A model generated the notes under the pieces. The model saw only the letters and a program-made list of their open reading frames with translations, was not told the origin of the DNA and ran no database searches. The position numbers and the translations under genes are program-made. This document shows, one piece after another, positions 1-11,136 of a DNA stretch of 39,047 nt. The stretch comes from Callorhinchus milii (taxonomy: Eukaryota), in NCBI RefSeq assembly GCF_018977255.1, contig NW_024705501.1, forward strand, positions 1-39,047, given 5' to 3'. The first letter of the stretch is position 1; every line of letters begins with the position of its first letter.

Positions 1-2664
1 GGCCTATTGATGGGCTGTATTCGGCAGTACTCTGGTATGGTGTTTGAATGTGGTGAGGACTTTGAATGGGACTGGGATAATTAATAGGATGGAGTTTAGT
101 AATGGATTATGTGGTTTTAAATTGTGGGGTATTAATGGGGTGTATTGTTTATTAACGTGAGTGGTTGGCATCAATGGGATCTGTAATATTAACGTGTTGT
201 GGGAATGAATTGGGTGTGTGGGATATTAATGGATTGTTTTAAAAAGGGTTTTCGTGTATTAATGGGGTATGGGCTATGAATGTGTTTCGGGTTATTAAAG
301 GGGTAATGGTTCAGTGTTAAAGGGATGTGCTGAAGGAGTGTGTGGAAATAATGATTTGTGGGGTATTATTGAATCGTCGGGTATTAATTGGTTGTGGTTT
401 ATTAATGGAATGTATGGTGTTATTGGGCATTTTTGTACTAATTGTTTGTGTGGTATTGATGGTGATTATGGTATTAATGGCGGTTGGGATATTTATAGGG
501 TGTGTTGTATTAATGCGGTGTGTGGCTTTTATGAATTTGTCGTAGTAATGGTGTATTAACTGAGTCTGTGTTGTATTAATGGGCGTCTGTTGTACGAGTG
601 AGGCGTATGGGGTTCCACTGGTGTATGGGTGTTATTTCTTTATGGGCTATTAATAGGGTGAGAGGAATTAATGGCATGTGGTATATTAAGTGTATGCTTT
701 ATTTTGAAATTGAATGCGCTATTAATGGGCTGTGTTGGGTATTAATGTGGTCCGGATGTTAATGGGTATGGGTAGGCAATGGGATTTGACGTATTAGTTG
801 TTTGGGTAAGATATTAATTGGAGTGTGTCGAGTAATAATGGGATATGTGGGATACTAATGGGACACAATGGGATATTAATGGTACATGGGGTATTAATGA
901 GTTGCTTGGTAATAGTGGAGTGAGGGATATTAATGGGGTGCGGTTTGATAATGGACTGTGTGGCATTAATTGTTGTGGTGTATTAATGAGATGTGTTGTG
1001 TATTAATGGATTGGTTGGGTTATCAATATAATATGGATTATTAATGGGGTGTGTTGTTTATTATTGGTGGGTTCTGGAGTTTGTGGAATATTATTGAGGT
1101 TTATGCAGCATTAATGGGCTGGTTTGCGTATTAAAAGGGTATATTTTTTCAGTGCGGTGTAGGTATCAATGGGATGTGAGGTATCAATGGAATATTATTG
1201 GCGAGTGGAATTAATGGGGTGTTTAGCAATTATGAGTTGTGTGGTATTGGGTTGTATACTATTAATGGAGTGTGTTTTACATTATTGGATGTGGTGTATT
1301 AATGGCGTGTGGGGTGTTAATGGAATTTGTGGTATTAATGTCGAATGTTGTATTAGTGGGCTGTATGGTGCTAATGAGGTATTATCCTGGTGTGTGGGCC
1401 ATTACTGTGGTGTGTGGGGAACTAATAGAGTTGATGGAGTTTCAATGGTATATGGAGTATTAATTGGGTGTGCGGTATTAATGGGAAGTGGCGTGTTAGT
1501 GGGATATTCAGTTTAATTGAATTTTAATAATGGGCTGTGTGATATTATTGAAGTGTGGGACATTAATTTGGTGTCGGATATCAATGGAGTTTGGGGTATT
1601 AATGTGGTTAGGGTTAGGTGATGAAGGGGTATGTTGAATGGGTGTGTGGTACTAACGGGTTGTGAGTATTAATGGGGCGTGGTGTGTTAATGATTTGTGG
1701 CGTATCCATGAGAATTGGCGTATTAGTGGCGTGTGGAGTTCAGTGGAGCTTTAATAATGGGCTGTGTGGTACTAATGGGACGCATGATGTTAACAGAGTA
1801 TGCAGTATTAATGTGGCGAGTGTTAGTAATTTTTGCATGTGCTAATAATGGGGTGTGGGGTATTAATATGATGCTTCGGATTTCAATAATTTTTGTGGGT
1901 ATTAATGGGAACTGTGTGTACTAATGGAGTGTATGTGTTTCAATGTGGTGTGCGGTATTAATATTATGGGGTATTTATCTGCTATATAGTGTTAATGCAT
2001 TTGTTGTATGAATGCGATGTGTGCTGTCAATGGGGTTTGTGTTATCAATTGGCTGTTTGGTTGTAATTTTGTGTTTGATAATAATGGGGTGTGTTGTATT
2101 AATGTGTTGTTTGGGATTTTATTGGCGTATGTGGGGTATTAATTGCATCTGTGTGTACTTTTGGGGTGTATGGGTATAAATGTAGTGTGTGGTGTCAATA
2201 GTGCATGGATTATTTATCTGCTGTACGGTGTTAATGCTGCGTGTGATATTCATGGGATGTGTGGGTTATTGCTGGGGTGTGTGGGGTATTCACGGTGTGT
2301 ATGGTGTAGCAATCCGTTTTGTGTGGTATTAATTCGTTGTGGAGTATTAATTGGGTGTGGGTTACTAATTATGCCAGGAGGACGAATGGGATATAGGGAA
2401 TTAATGTGGTGCCTGTTAAAGCGTTATAGGGTATTAATGCGCTTTGTGGTATTAATGCGGTGTTTGCAATATTAATGTCTTGTGGGATTTTTCATGGGTT
2501 GTGTAGGGTATTAGTGGGTTGTATGGGGTTTTTATCGCGTTTGCGTTATAAACGTGATGTGGGGCATTAATGGTGTGTGGGTTATTTATGGGATGTAGTG
2601 TATTACTGAGGTGTGTATGGTATTAGTAGAATTTATGGGGTATCACCGGGGTGTGTGGTATTAA
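1..2664. repeat. Degenerate GT-rich minisatellite, about 18-20 bp unit (approx. GGGTGTGTGGTATTAATG), runs off the window start
   Basis: The core GTATTAATG(G) recurs every 18-22 nt throughout; strong G/T strand bias; ORFs here are low-complexity artefacts. Confidence 0.85.
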
Positions 2665-3189
2665 TCTTTCGGTAGTATTCATCACATGCCCTCGGGCTGC
2701 ATTGCCAAAGTGAGCATAAGTTATCAGCCTGCGTGGATCGCTTTTTATTGGTTTGAACTGATTTTGGTCCCTTTGCTACCATTCGTGCTGATTTTGCTGC
2801 TCAATGCTCTGACTGTCAGACACATTCTTGTGGCCAGTCGAGTCCGCACGAAACTGCGGGGCTTCAGCAGCAGCGCTGATCATCGCAATGATCCGCAAAT
2901 GGAAAACAGAAAGAAATCCATCATTTTACTGTTCACTATATCACTCAGTTTTATATTGTTGTGGGTGACATCAGTGGCACATTACATACAATACAGCGTT
3001 AAAGGTTACTTCAAGTCAAGAGGCTACAGTATCCCTTTCAAAACCTTTGAAGAAGCAGGTTTTATGCTTCAGCTGCTGAATTCCTGCACAAACACAGCCA
3101 TCTATGCGGTCACCCAGACCAAATTCAGAGAGGAACTGAAGAATGCAATCAAATATCCTTTCAAAATAGTTAGTAAATGTTTTAAATAG
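2665..3189 (+). pseudogene. GPR139/GPR142-like class A GPCR, 3' half only (ECL2, TM5-TM7, helix 8); 5' half absent or displaced by the minisatellite
   Basis: The open frame SFGSIHHMPSGC...PFVLILLLNALTVRHILVASRVR...DPQMENRKKSIILLFTIS...LLNSCTNTAIYAVTQTKFREELK aligns with the paralogs at 16938-17863 and 27633-28544. An in-frame TAA at 2662-2664 lies inside the last repeat unit. Confidence 0.85.
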
Positions 3190-3386
3190 TTGAAAGGAAG
3201 AAGACTAAACTGGAACACACGTTACACCAGAAAAACGCACTGTTCAACAATATATTTATAAGTGTATTTGTGAAAGGGTTTATCTTTTAAATAGCCATTC
3301 ATACAAATATTTGTTTGTGATATTATGGTTCTGATATGTGTCGTGATCTTCATCCCTTCAAGTTTGTCCTCCTTGTTATGGTCATG

Positions 3387-3392
3387 AATAAA
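3387..3392 (+). promoter_or_regulatory. Candidate polyadenylation signal of the first GPCR locus
   Basis: AATAAA about 200 nt after the stop codon, followed by T-rich sequence. Confidence 0.3.
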
Positions 3393-3649
3393 TTGCTATT
3401 TTATTTATTGCTTTAGTTAAGTTGTTTGAGATTAGTTAGTTATTTAAGCCTAAATTGACATGCCATACATGAGAATATTATCAAAATATTATCTACTGTA
3501 ACCGCGCTATTGTAACCCTGTTCATTGAATCATTGAGAAGTTATATGTATTATTCCCTATGTTAAATAAAGAAGCTACGCATCGTAAAATAACAGTGACA
3601 TCAGTTCTTCTGGTTTCGGGTTCCGACGTTTTATCTATACTAAAGACGA

Positions 3650-3905
3650 AATGGTTTTCTGTTTGTCTGTCCGCCAAGAAACAGTAATCGATTGATGTGG
3701 AGACATTAATGATGCGTCACGAGAAAGGACTTGCATGGGCGACTGTCTGTGGCATATTTTTATTGGAGATTTTCCTGTTGTTGATGAGCTATATTTCAAA
3801 ACATTATTTAACAAAGCCGCAAAAAATGCGGTATGGTCGACATTCTGCATGAAAAGAGCGACAGAGGAAATCACACTCAATTCCAGAGAGATACGTTTGT
3901 GCTAA
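3650..3905 (+). mobile_element. Possible very old L1/Tx1-type ORF2 C-terminal remnant
   Basis: Translation C..RQETVID*C...IFIGDFP...LFNKAAKNAVWSTF loosely resembles the Tx1 C-terminal ET..H...C / LFG / AK.A.W pattern. Confidence 0.25.
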
Positions 3906-4639
3906 TAAAGACGGACTGGCTTTGTCTGTATCTCACCGACATTAACACGGTAGCCGACTGATGTAGAAACATGACTTACGCCGCACAGATACCTTTGAAT
4001 AAATATAATTGTATGGTCTTTTCTCGCCGCAAAGAGGTTTGAACAGAGGTCGTTGAACTCAGGTCCGTCAAAATCACATTTGCCGCAATGTCGGCGGATT
4101 GAGTCATCGTCCTGACGTTCTGTCCCTTTGCTGCTTTTAATCACTTGAATGGAAAGGAATTCAAAGAAATGGCATGGGTTTTGTTAGGCATTGAATTAAC
4201 GAGATGGATAAAAAGCATGAAAATATACCCACACAGATAAATTTCTCTGAACTGCGGCCACAGACAAATAAAGAGTATTGTTCCAGGAAGCGATGAATCT
4301 CGCTTTGACAATTCTCGATGAAATACTGTGATGTAAGTCGCGCTAGACTTTTGCCTGATTAGAATTACTGCAGTGCGTCCTTTATTTTCTTCAAGAAAAG
4401 GTATGATTTCAAAAGCAACTTAACAACATTAATAACTTGCAGTTACACAGCGCTCCTCACGCAGGGTAGCGCCATGAGCGCTTGAGAGAGGTGGAGCTCG
4501 ACTTCGAGATGGGGGGAAGGGGCAGGTGACCGTAGGTTGAGTAGGAAAGCCGTGGAGTAGCTGATCAGTAAATTTTGAGGCTGAGTACGACAGCTGCTGG
4601 AAAACCTGTGTTAGATTTCCGGCAGAACATAACAATTGG

Positions 4640-4945
4640 CAAGTTTCTTTACTGCTCTCGCCTCAGTTTACATAGAAATGTGGAGGCACCCGGTTGTTAG
4701 TCGATTGGTGGAGCAATCGATATTATTGGTGTAATATTTCTTCAAACAAGATACGTCGTATTAAATTGGTTACTATATCCACGACTGTTTGTGGGTCACT
4801 GCTGTACGAAATTGGCTGCCGTATTTCGCCCAAAAAATGTCCAATCAACTGAATTTACAATGCATTCTAAGAACCATTTTGAGACGATTCGAAGTTGGAT
4901 AAGTTGCCGTATCGAATGCAAGAGTTATTACTCATAATAATATTA
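4640..4945 (+). mobile_element. Degenerate Deu-domain SINE copy
   Basis: gactgtttgtgggtcactgctgtacgaaattggctgccgtatttcgcc...gaatgcaagagttatta matches the body and tail of the SINEs at 19059 and 33686. Confidence 0.65.
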
Positions 4946-4959
4946 CTAACTGGGCATTG

Positions 4960-5370
4960 GTGTGGGGTTAGGAATTGAAGCGTTTTCGGAAGGCAACGAT
5001 GACCAACAACACGGCCAAAAAGGTGTCTTGAGACTGATCGTGGATAAGGGAAGGAAGAGATGGTCAGATGTGTTGTAGAATTAAGTTCCAGAAAGGTCTA
5101 ATTCTCGCCCACTGATATGGGACTATATAACGCGGGGCAACGAAACAAGGCAAGTGGGTGGCCGAGGCCATATGGGTCGAGGTGTTGTCGTGGATTTTCA
5201 CTGAGGCCACTTAAACATAAGATGGGGTTCCAGAACTCTCTCAGATGGTGATGGGGAGTCAATGCAACATAGCGAGGATGATCGGCTCTCGTATCTTGTG
5301 TGGGAAAGGACACGGGCCTCGGAGTTCTGGGGAATCTGTTACTCTCTAGGGAGTTACTGATCAATCTGTA
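4960..5370 (-). mobile_element. L2 LINE endonuclease-domain remnant
   Basis: Minus-strand translation gives GHPLAL (GH.LDL motif) followed by TSDHLF (SDH motif of APE endonucleases). Confidence 0.5.
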
Positions 5371-6490
5371 ATACAGGGTGCTTTGTAGACAAATAAAATT
5401 GCCCCTGTTTAGGATGGCATCTGCTGCATGATTTACACAAGATAATCGATTATTTTGAAAATGCGGTTGCTTTAAAACTGTGGAGAAACAATCGACAAGA
5501 ATGCTAATCCGAGATTTGATCCTGCATTCTCTGTCATTTTATTCAATTGTTAATCCCCATGCTAAACAAAAAAGGCTAACAATATATTAGTAACCTGCAC
5601 ATTGTCACAAACAATTATTATTTTAACATCGAATCTGCAGTCTAAATGTCAAACAGAATTCAACCATCTCTCTATGATTTGCAACATCTGAACAGAAAGG
5701 CTGGAAAAGCAACAAATTTACTCTAAATTCTTGAGCAGGTGTAACAAATAACACTGCACCTTCCAGTCGTCCAACTCTGCTCACAGGAATGGTGATCTTG
5801 CATGACACTAGGACACTAACACAGTAACAGTTACTCTTTAGCCAATTTGAACACGCCATTTAATGCATTGATGTTAGTATTGTAGTTTATTTGCCGAAAA
5901 TATAGGCGTAATAAGACACATGTAAAACTATCCCTAAGAAGCGCTCGTCCGATGTTGTAAACCTTTGCCCACTTGCACATTTATTTAGCTGCTAACTCCA
6001 AAACAAGAATTATATAGAGTGGAGTGTAAAGGAAGCTTTACCGTCTCTCAAATCCTGACGTAGTTATCCAGGCGGGCAGTGTGGATGTGGCTTCACTGTG
6101 TCTCTAACCCTGACCTGGTTAAAGAGAAGGGCAGTGTGGAGGACGCCTTACTGTGTCGCGAAATCTGAGTTGGGAGCTTGTACGAATGATGCAGAGAGAG
6201 TTTTTTTTATGATTATCTCTCAATTTATTCTGCATAAACTTGTAAATACAAGTGTAAATACACAGAAACCTGGGTAACTAATAGAAACGAAATCAACAAC
6301 CGGCCCTGTTGTCCTGAGACAGAAACCTGTTGACAAGGAAACAGACAAAATTTTAATGTTCCCAAATTAAGCAAATTGGATATGTAGCGTGGGAAAACAG
6401 CGTGAAGTAACAGCCAGCTTTGCATTTTGTAAACATGCTGTGTTAATTCCAGCAGAAGTACCAAGATTTTTCATGTTCGGATATTCATCA

Positions 6491-6561
6491 AGGCACCGAG
6501 GCTTTGAAACCAGGATCTCCTGTTTACGAAACAGATGAGTTGCCAAATAATCCTCGGCGCC
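6491..6561 (-). pseudogene. tRNA-Thr(CGT) pseudogene, heavily degraded
   Basis: The minus strand reads GGCGCCGAGGATTATTTGGCAAC...CTGTTTCGTAAACAGGAGATCCTGGTTTCAAAGCCTCGGTGCCT, colinear with vertebrate tRNA-Thr. The D arm and B box are damaged. Confidence 0.75.
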
Positions 6562-6619
6562 TCTCGAGCATATAAGTATTTTTCGTTTAACAACCAGATG
6601 AATGTGTCTCTGTTTCGCT

Positions 6620-7100
6620 CGCAAGTTTGGCGTCTGGTTTCCTTTCCTTGTCTCTGGGTTGACACTGCCCCACTGCTCAACTCTTTTTGTGTGGATTGGC
6701 TGCATCCACTGCTGCGAGTTGCCAACTCGTACCCAAAATACCTACATTCTTGTCCCCAGTCCTGCGTTATTCCCACAAGTATCCTATCACTCAACAGCCT
6801 CCTCGCTTCCCTTCACTCCTGGGCGTTCCACAGTTTCCCTCTGTCCCACATTGGGAATTCTCCGCCTGGTTCACGCTGGCACATACTCTCTGGTGTCCTA
6901 CAGACAAGGCTCTGACTGCCTTTGCCCTCATTTCCACCCCAATACGCACGGTTTCCAGCCATTGGGAAGAAACTTCTTTTCGCTTTTCTGAGACTCAACC
7001 TCCTCCCACTTCACCCAGTAACAGTTTGTCGCTACAAAATGTCCGCTCATTCTCCAACAAAACCCTCACATTCCAAGACCTGATCGTCGACAAACACATG
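6620..7100 (+). mobile_element. L2 LINE 5'/ORF2 N-terminal remnant
   Basis: SLQNVRSFSNKTLTFQDLIVDKH at about 7025-7100 resembles the start of the L2 endonuclease (N.RS..NK); C-rich upstream sequence. Confidence 0.5.
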
Positions 7101-7639
7101 TCAATTGGTTGACCAATCAATGCTCAGTCTGTGATACCTCACTCCTATCTCGGCGTCTGAAGTTCCTCGTCGGAAGTTACCTTGAATAGTGCGAACAGTA
7201 CAGGACACAGGGACATAATTTGGCTGCCAAGCCCTAAAGGTGATAGAAAGCACAGGAACAAGCCTGACCCACAGTATTTCCAGAATTGGTAATGAAGAAT
7301 GATTAGACAAAGGCAAACAATAATCAGACAAACGAGGGATGTTTTGTGTTGGGAGAAAACTACAACTCGGAGCGGGCTTCAAGGTGTTGGATGAAATGTT
7401 CAATTGAAAACGTAGAACCAGATTAGTGTTTTAGTATTAGTATTTTACGATGTAACAACACATGAACCAATTAATTTGGTCGCTGAATGCACCACTGTTG
7501 GTGGAAGAGTGCTGAGTGCAATTGCTGCCGCTTTTCGCTCAAAAATATATAGTTAATTCTGTTAAGCGCTTTGAGACGTCTCTAAGACGTGGTGAAGCAC
7601 GAATTGACTAAATATAAGGTTACTAAAATATAACAGAGT

Positions 7640-7870
7640 AAAGTAATATGACATATGTTTAGAGCTGTAAATTACAGTTGCAAAGTAGATATCACGAAGA
7701 GTTTCATTATGCAGAGGCTAATCAAAGACTTGAACACATCGTCAGGAAAAGTGGTAGAGAGCAGGACACAAGAATAAATTACAAAGAAGTTTGACTAAAA
7801 GAAAGATGACGGTGGGCTGCGTGTTCTGAGGGGAATGTTTTCAGATGGGCACAGATGGCTTCTTGATCCA
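7640..7870 (+). mobile_element. Old CR1 LINE 3' end remnant (preceded by a SINE remnant at about 7470-7620)
   Basis: tttcattatgcagagg...gaacacatcgtcaggaaaagtggtagag...agatgggc..agatggcttctt parallels the 3' end of the CR1 at 12140-12370. Confidence 0.4.
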
Positions 7871-8137
7871 AACTAACGTGGTGATTTTGCTCATTCAGAA
7901 GCATTGTTCAAAACCCGGTTGAAGGACGGAATTTGGGGCTCCCCAAGATCTGTGATCAATCCCATATATGAAGTTCTCCTAACCTGAAAGGGGCGCGCAT
8001 CAGTTTATTTTTTATCAGTATAAATTTGCTGTCAAGTCCCCAAAATGAGGCACCAGTGATGAAAAAAGTTGTTTCATTAGCAAAGCAAGATTTGTGCAAT
8101 TTTTTGAAAACAAGCGGAAACACTTAAATTTACAACC

Positions 8138-8210
8138 GCCGAAATAGCTCAGTTGGGAGAGCGTTAGAATGAAAATCTAAAGGTCCTTGGTTCAATACCG
8201 GGTTTCGGCA
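8138..8210 (+). tRNA. TRNAF-GAA: tRNA-Phe(GAA), full length but with 5 substitutions; probable pseudogene
   Basis: GCCGAAATAGCTCAGTTGGGAGAGCGTTAGA-ATGAAAA-TCTAAAGGTCCTTGGTTCAATACCGGGTTTCGGCA (73 nt) then TTTT. It differs from the vertebrate consensus at C32A, G37A and three T-arm positions. Confidence 0.9.
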
Positions 8211-8432
8211 AATTTTATTCAGTTTGTCCCGTTAAGAATGCCCGTTTGGGAAAGTTTACATTGCGATTCTTCGGCATAATGCTGTTTCAATCACGCAAGC
8301 ACAATGTATTGTTTCGAATGACTTGAAGATCATGATGAATTTTGATAAATATGCAGCAAATCGACAAAGATCCATTCAATTTTATACTGCCAAGTTCTTC
8401 TATTGAAATTCCAGTTACTTGATGCACAAAGT

Positions 8433-8523
8433 GGCTCGTTGGACTAGGGTTATGATTTTCACATTGGGGTTAGTAAATGAATAAATGTACGAGAGATCCC
8501 GGGTCCAAATCCCGGACGAGCCC
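8433..8523 (+). tRNA. TRNAP-UGG: tRNA-Pro(TGG) with a 19-nt intron-like insertion (8469-8487); degraded, probable pseudogene
   Basis: The 36-nt 5' half GGCTCGTTGGACTAGGGTTATGATTTTCACATTGGG and the 36-nt 3' half TACGAGAGATCCCGGGTCCAAATCCCGGACGAGCCC align without gaps to vertebrate tRNA-Pro. The insertion lies one base 3' of the anticodon. Confidence 0.85.
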
Positions 8524-10121
8524 AATCTTTAGATGAAAATTGTCTATGTTTTCCACTCTGATTGTATTTTGATGCAAACAAACGATCCTGCTGATATCAA
8601 CGCAGTAAGTATCCAATTCAAGAGTGGAAATAAGCATATGTTGCAGCGCCAGTTGTTGAGCGATATTATACAATATTTCTGTTGTTGAGAGACATACTTG
8701 ATTCTTCGTGATTGATTCAATGTTCCACTCTCATTGTCCTGCCCTGCAGTTGAATATTATTGTATTATTGTTATTATTATTATCTGGAGAATGGTAATAT
8801 TGCTAGCAGCAGCCATTATGGATTTTCAAAATAAATGTAAAGATGACCAAACTTAGGGAATTATTTGGGTTGCTCGCAATCAAACAACAGATATGTAATA
8901 GATGAAAAGCACTTCTCTTTCCAGATGGGCTTTGTGAAAATGCCATATGAGAGGATATTGTCTAAAATCGGTGCACGTGGAATAATGGTGGAGAAGAGCG
9001 CGTATTAAAACTGCAGCAGAGAACCCATTGGAAGCAGCTGTGAACAGAATGTAGTTGGAAAAGAGGAATGGGTCAGAGCACCCATGAGGGGTATGAGGGT
9101 TTGCTTAAGAACCCATCATGGAGAGGTACCGATACAATGAACGCCATGTGTTGGTTAAGATGAACAGAGGCGGAGAGGCAGCAGCCTACTATTCAGGGAT
9201 CACCAGCCGCCCGAACCTGAAGGCCTGATAGCTCAGTTAACTGGAATATGATCAGTGCGGTCTGAGCTTGCATCCATTTGCAGGCCATATTGTTTTATTT
9301 AATAAATATGGATACATTTGTCTCGTTTATTTGGAGCTTCCTTTTTTGTCTCATTATGTGAAAGTTGCTGTAGCAAATGCAGTGATTGATACTAACTTGC
9401 AGAAGCTTAAAATATTAAGAAAATTAAGAGAATTTTTTATTGGCAATATTGACTCCTAGTTTTATTCATACAGATTACGGATCCGGTCATCCACATCTCT
9501 GCAGCCCGGATTCTCTCCTACAAAACGCTGCACAACCCTTGGACCGCCATCTTCGTCTTCGTCCCAGGGCTTCCGATCAGTCAGAGGATATAGGTCAAGA
9601 TCCTTTTCCTCACCTAAGCCCTCCAGAGCCTTCCTCCTTCCTTGTGTTTTGTTTCTCGCACAGATTAATCGAAATCTTCTTTCACCAGAAGCCGCTGCTG
9701 GTTAATTCTCAAACACAAAATACTCTGACAACAATAAACTTGGCTCCAATAGCTTACTCAGGACACCAAAACATTTCAAATTGGTAAATTGGCTTCACAT
9801 GGGAGCTGTCGTATGTGCGTCACAGAACGAAAATTGCACTAAAATCAAACTACATTCCAACAAAAGCCCACGAAGCTTGGATTAAAAAACCGGCAAACAT
9901 CCCATCGATTCAACAGAAACAGACAAACTTATTATGCACTAGAAGTTTATCTTGGACATCAGTTTAGGTATGACTTCCCAAACAAAACTGCCAAATCGAA
10001 GATTTTTCCTTATACCCGACACGACACAATTGGAGATTGCTACTTTATCAATTCAACATACATTGTAAGGCAAAGCAACAGGAACCAAAAACCAGTGATG
10101 TTCCAGGATGAAAGGCATCAA

Positions 10122-10194
10122 AGGCACCGCTGGGATTTGAACCCACGATCTCCTGTTTACTGGAAAGGCGCTTTACCATGTAAGCCACGGCGCT
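10122..10194 (-). tRNA. TRNAT-AGU: tRNA-Thr(AGT), degraded; probable pseudogene
   Basis: The minus strand reads AGCGCCGTGGCTTACATGGTAAAGCGCCTTTCCAGTAAACAGGAGATCGTGGGTTCAAATCCCAGCGGTGCCT; several stem mismatches. Confidence 0.85.
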
Positions 10195-10579
10195 ATAGCT
10201 TTATTTCCAATTAGTTTATTTAAATCCAGGTGAATGTTGATTATTTTATTTGTCAGTGATGCTCTTCCTCAACTTCTGTCTTCAAGGACCCAGTTGGAGC
10301 AGTTTATTGGCTGCTGGTTTGAGACTGGAAGTCGGGGTCAGCTTGGAATAGTCGATTAATCTTTCCATGATCGCTATTAGAAGAAAAGGTTCTTCACTCA
10401 GTTTGGTTTACTTACAGAGAAGGAAAGTCTCGACATGTTTGTTGATTTACGATTGCCTTACGTTTTGTTACGGTATAACAAAAATACATCAGAGGTGCTC
10501 ACCACAGGTCTGAAACATTTCAAGTGAAGTTCGATTCAAAAACGAACCGGAGTTCACTATTCTACTAAAACAAACATAA

Positions 10580-10640
10580 TGGCCAGCACGGGCATTGAAC
10601 TTGGCGTTAATAACACCACACTCTAACCAACTGAGCTGAC
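10580..10640 (-). pseudogene. tRNA-Ile(AAT)-derived pseudogene, 5'-truncated with a deletion of about 8 nt
   Basis: The minus strand reads GTCAGCTCAGTTGGTTAGAGTGTGGTGTTATTAACGCCAAG-TTCAATGCCCGTGCTGGCCA, matching vertebrate tRNA-Ile except for loss of the variable loop and 5' T stem. Confidence 0.75.
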
Positions 10641-10854
10641 ATTGAAACAATCACATGATTGTTAATAATAAAAGCTGTGCACAAGTATTTACGTTGATAT
10701 AGCGCCGCTAACCCGGGACAGTACAGTAGAACGCTTGTCAGTGGAATAGCATGGCACCGAGTTGATGGAAAGTGGACTGAGGCCAAATGTCCGACTGCTC
10801 ACTGTCCCACAGTTTAATCGGCACCAGCCTCAGTTCTGTCAAGTGCCCAGAAAC

Positions 10855-11136
10855 ATGAGGTCCCTGATTTGCCTCACCCTACTGCTGGCTGTTTTCTCTC
10901 GTGAGTGCTATAATTCTGACAGTTTCACTGTTCCTCTGTCGCCATTAATCTGTCTGCAATGGCACAGATACAGGAAATTTCAAAATAATTCTTATTCGGT
11001 GGTTTATTTTTGCAGTTGCAGAGGCCGATGTGTTGCTGAAACAGCCGCCGTCTCTAACCGAAAAAATCGGCCAGGTCCTGAGACTGAACTGTGAAAGCAG
11101 CAATTTGATCTGAGCAGCAACTACATGAGCTGGTAT
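10855..11136 (+). pseudogene. Immunoglobulin heavy-chain-type variable (VH-like) gene segment pseudogene: leader exon 10855-10900, intron 10901-11015, V exon 11016-11136 (truncated)
   Basis: 46-nt leader exon MRSLICLTLLLAVFS ending C|GTGAGT; tttattttTGCAG acceptor; 11-nt leader remainder (LAEA); mature DVLLKQPPSLTEKIGQVLRLNC(22)ESSN[F]DLSSNYMSW(36)Y after restoring one T at 11104-11106. Confidence 0.85.

Noticed and set aside
314..2475. Hydrophobic Cys/Val/Gly-rich ORFs as membrane proteins or the missing GPCR N-half
   Set aside because: Translations of the GT-rich minisatellite; no TM1-TM4 motifs (GxPAN, ADL, DRY).
7901..7926. Possible tRNA-Tyr 3' fragment (ttcaaaacccggttgaagga)
   Set aside because: Too short and mismatched; no 5' half.
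9040..9200. Harbinger transposase remnant (RYNERH resembling RYN.AH)
   Set aside because: Only a six-residue resemblance, with no supporting flanking motifs or TIRs.
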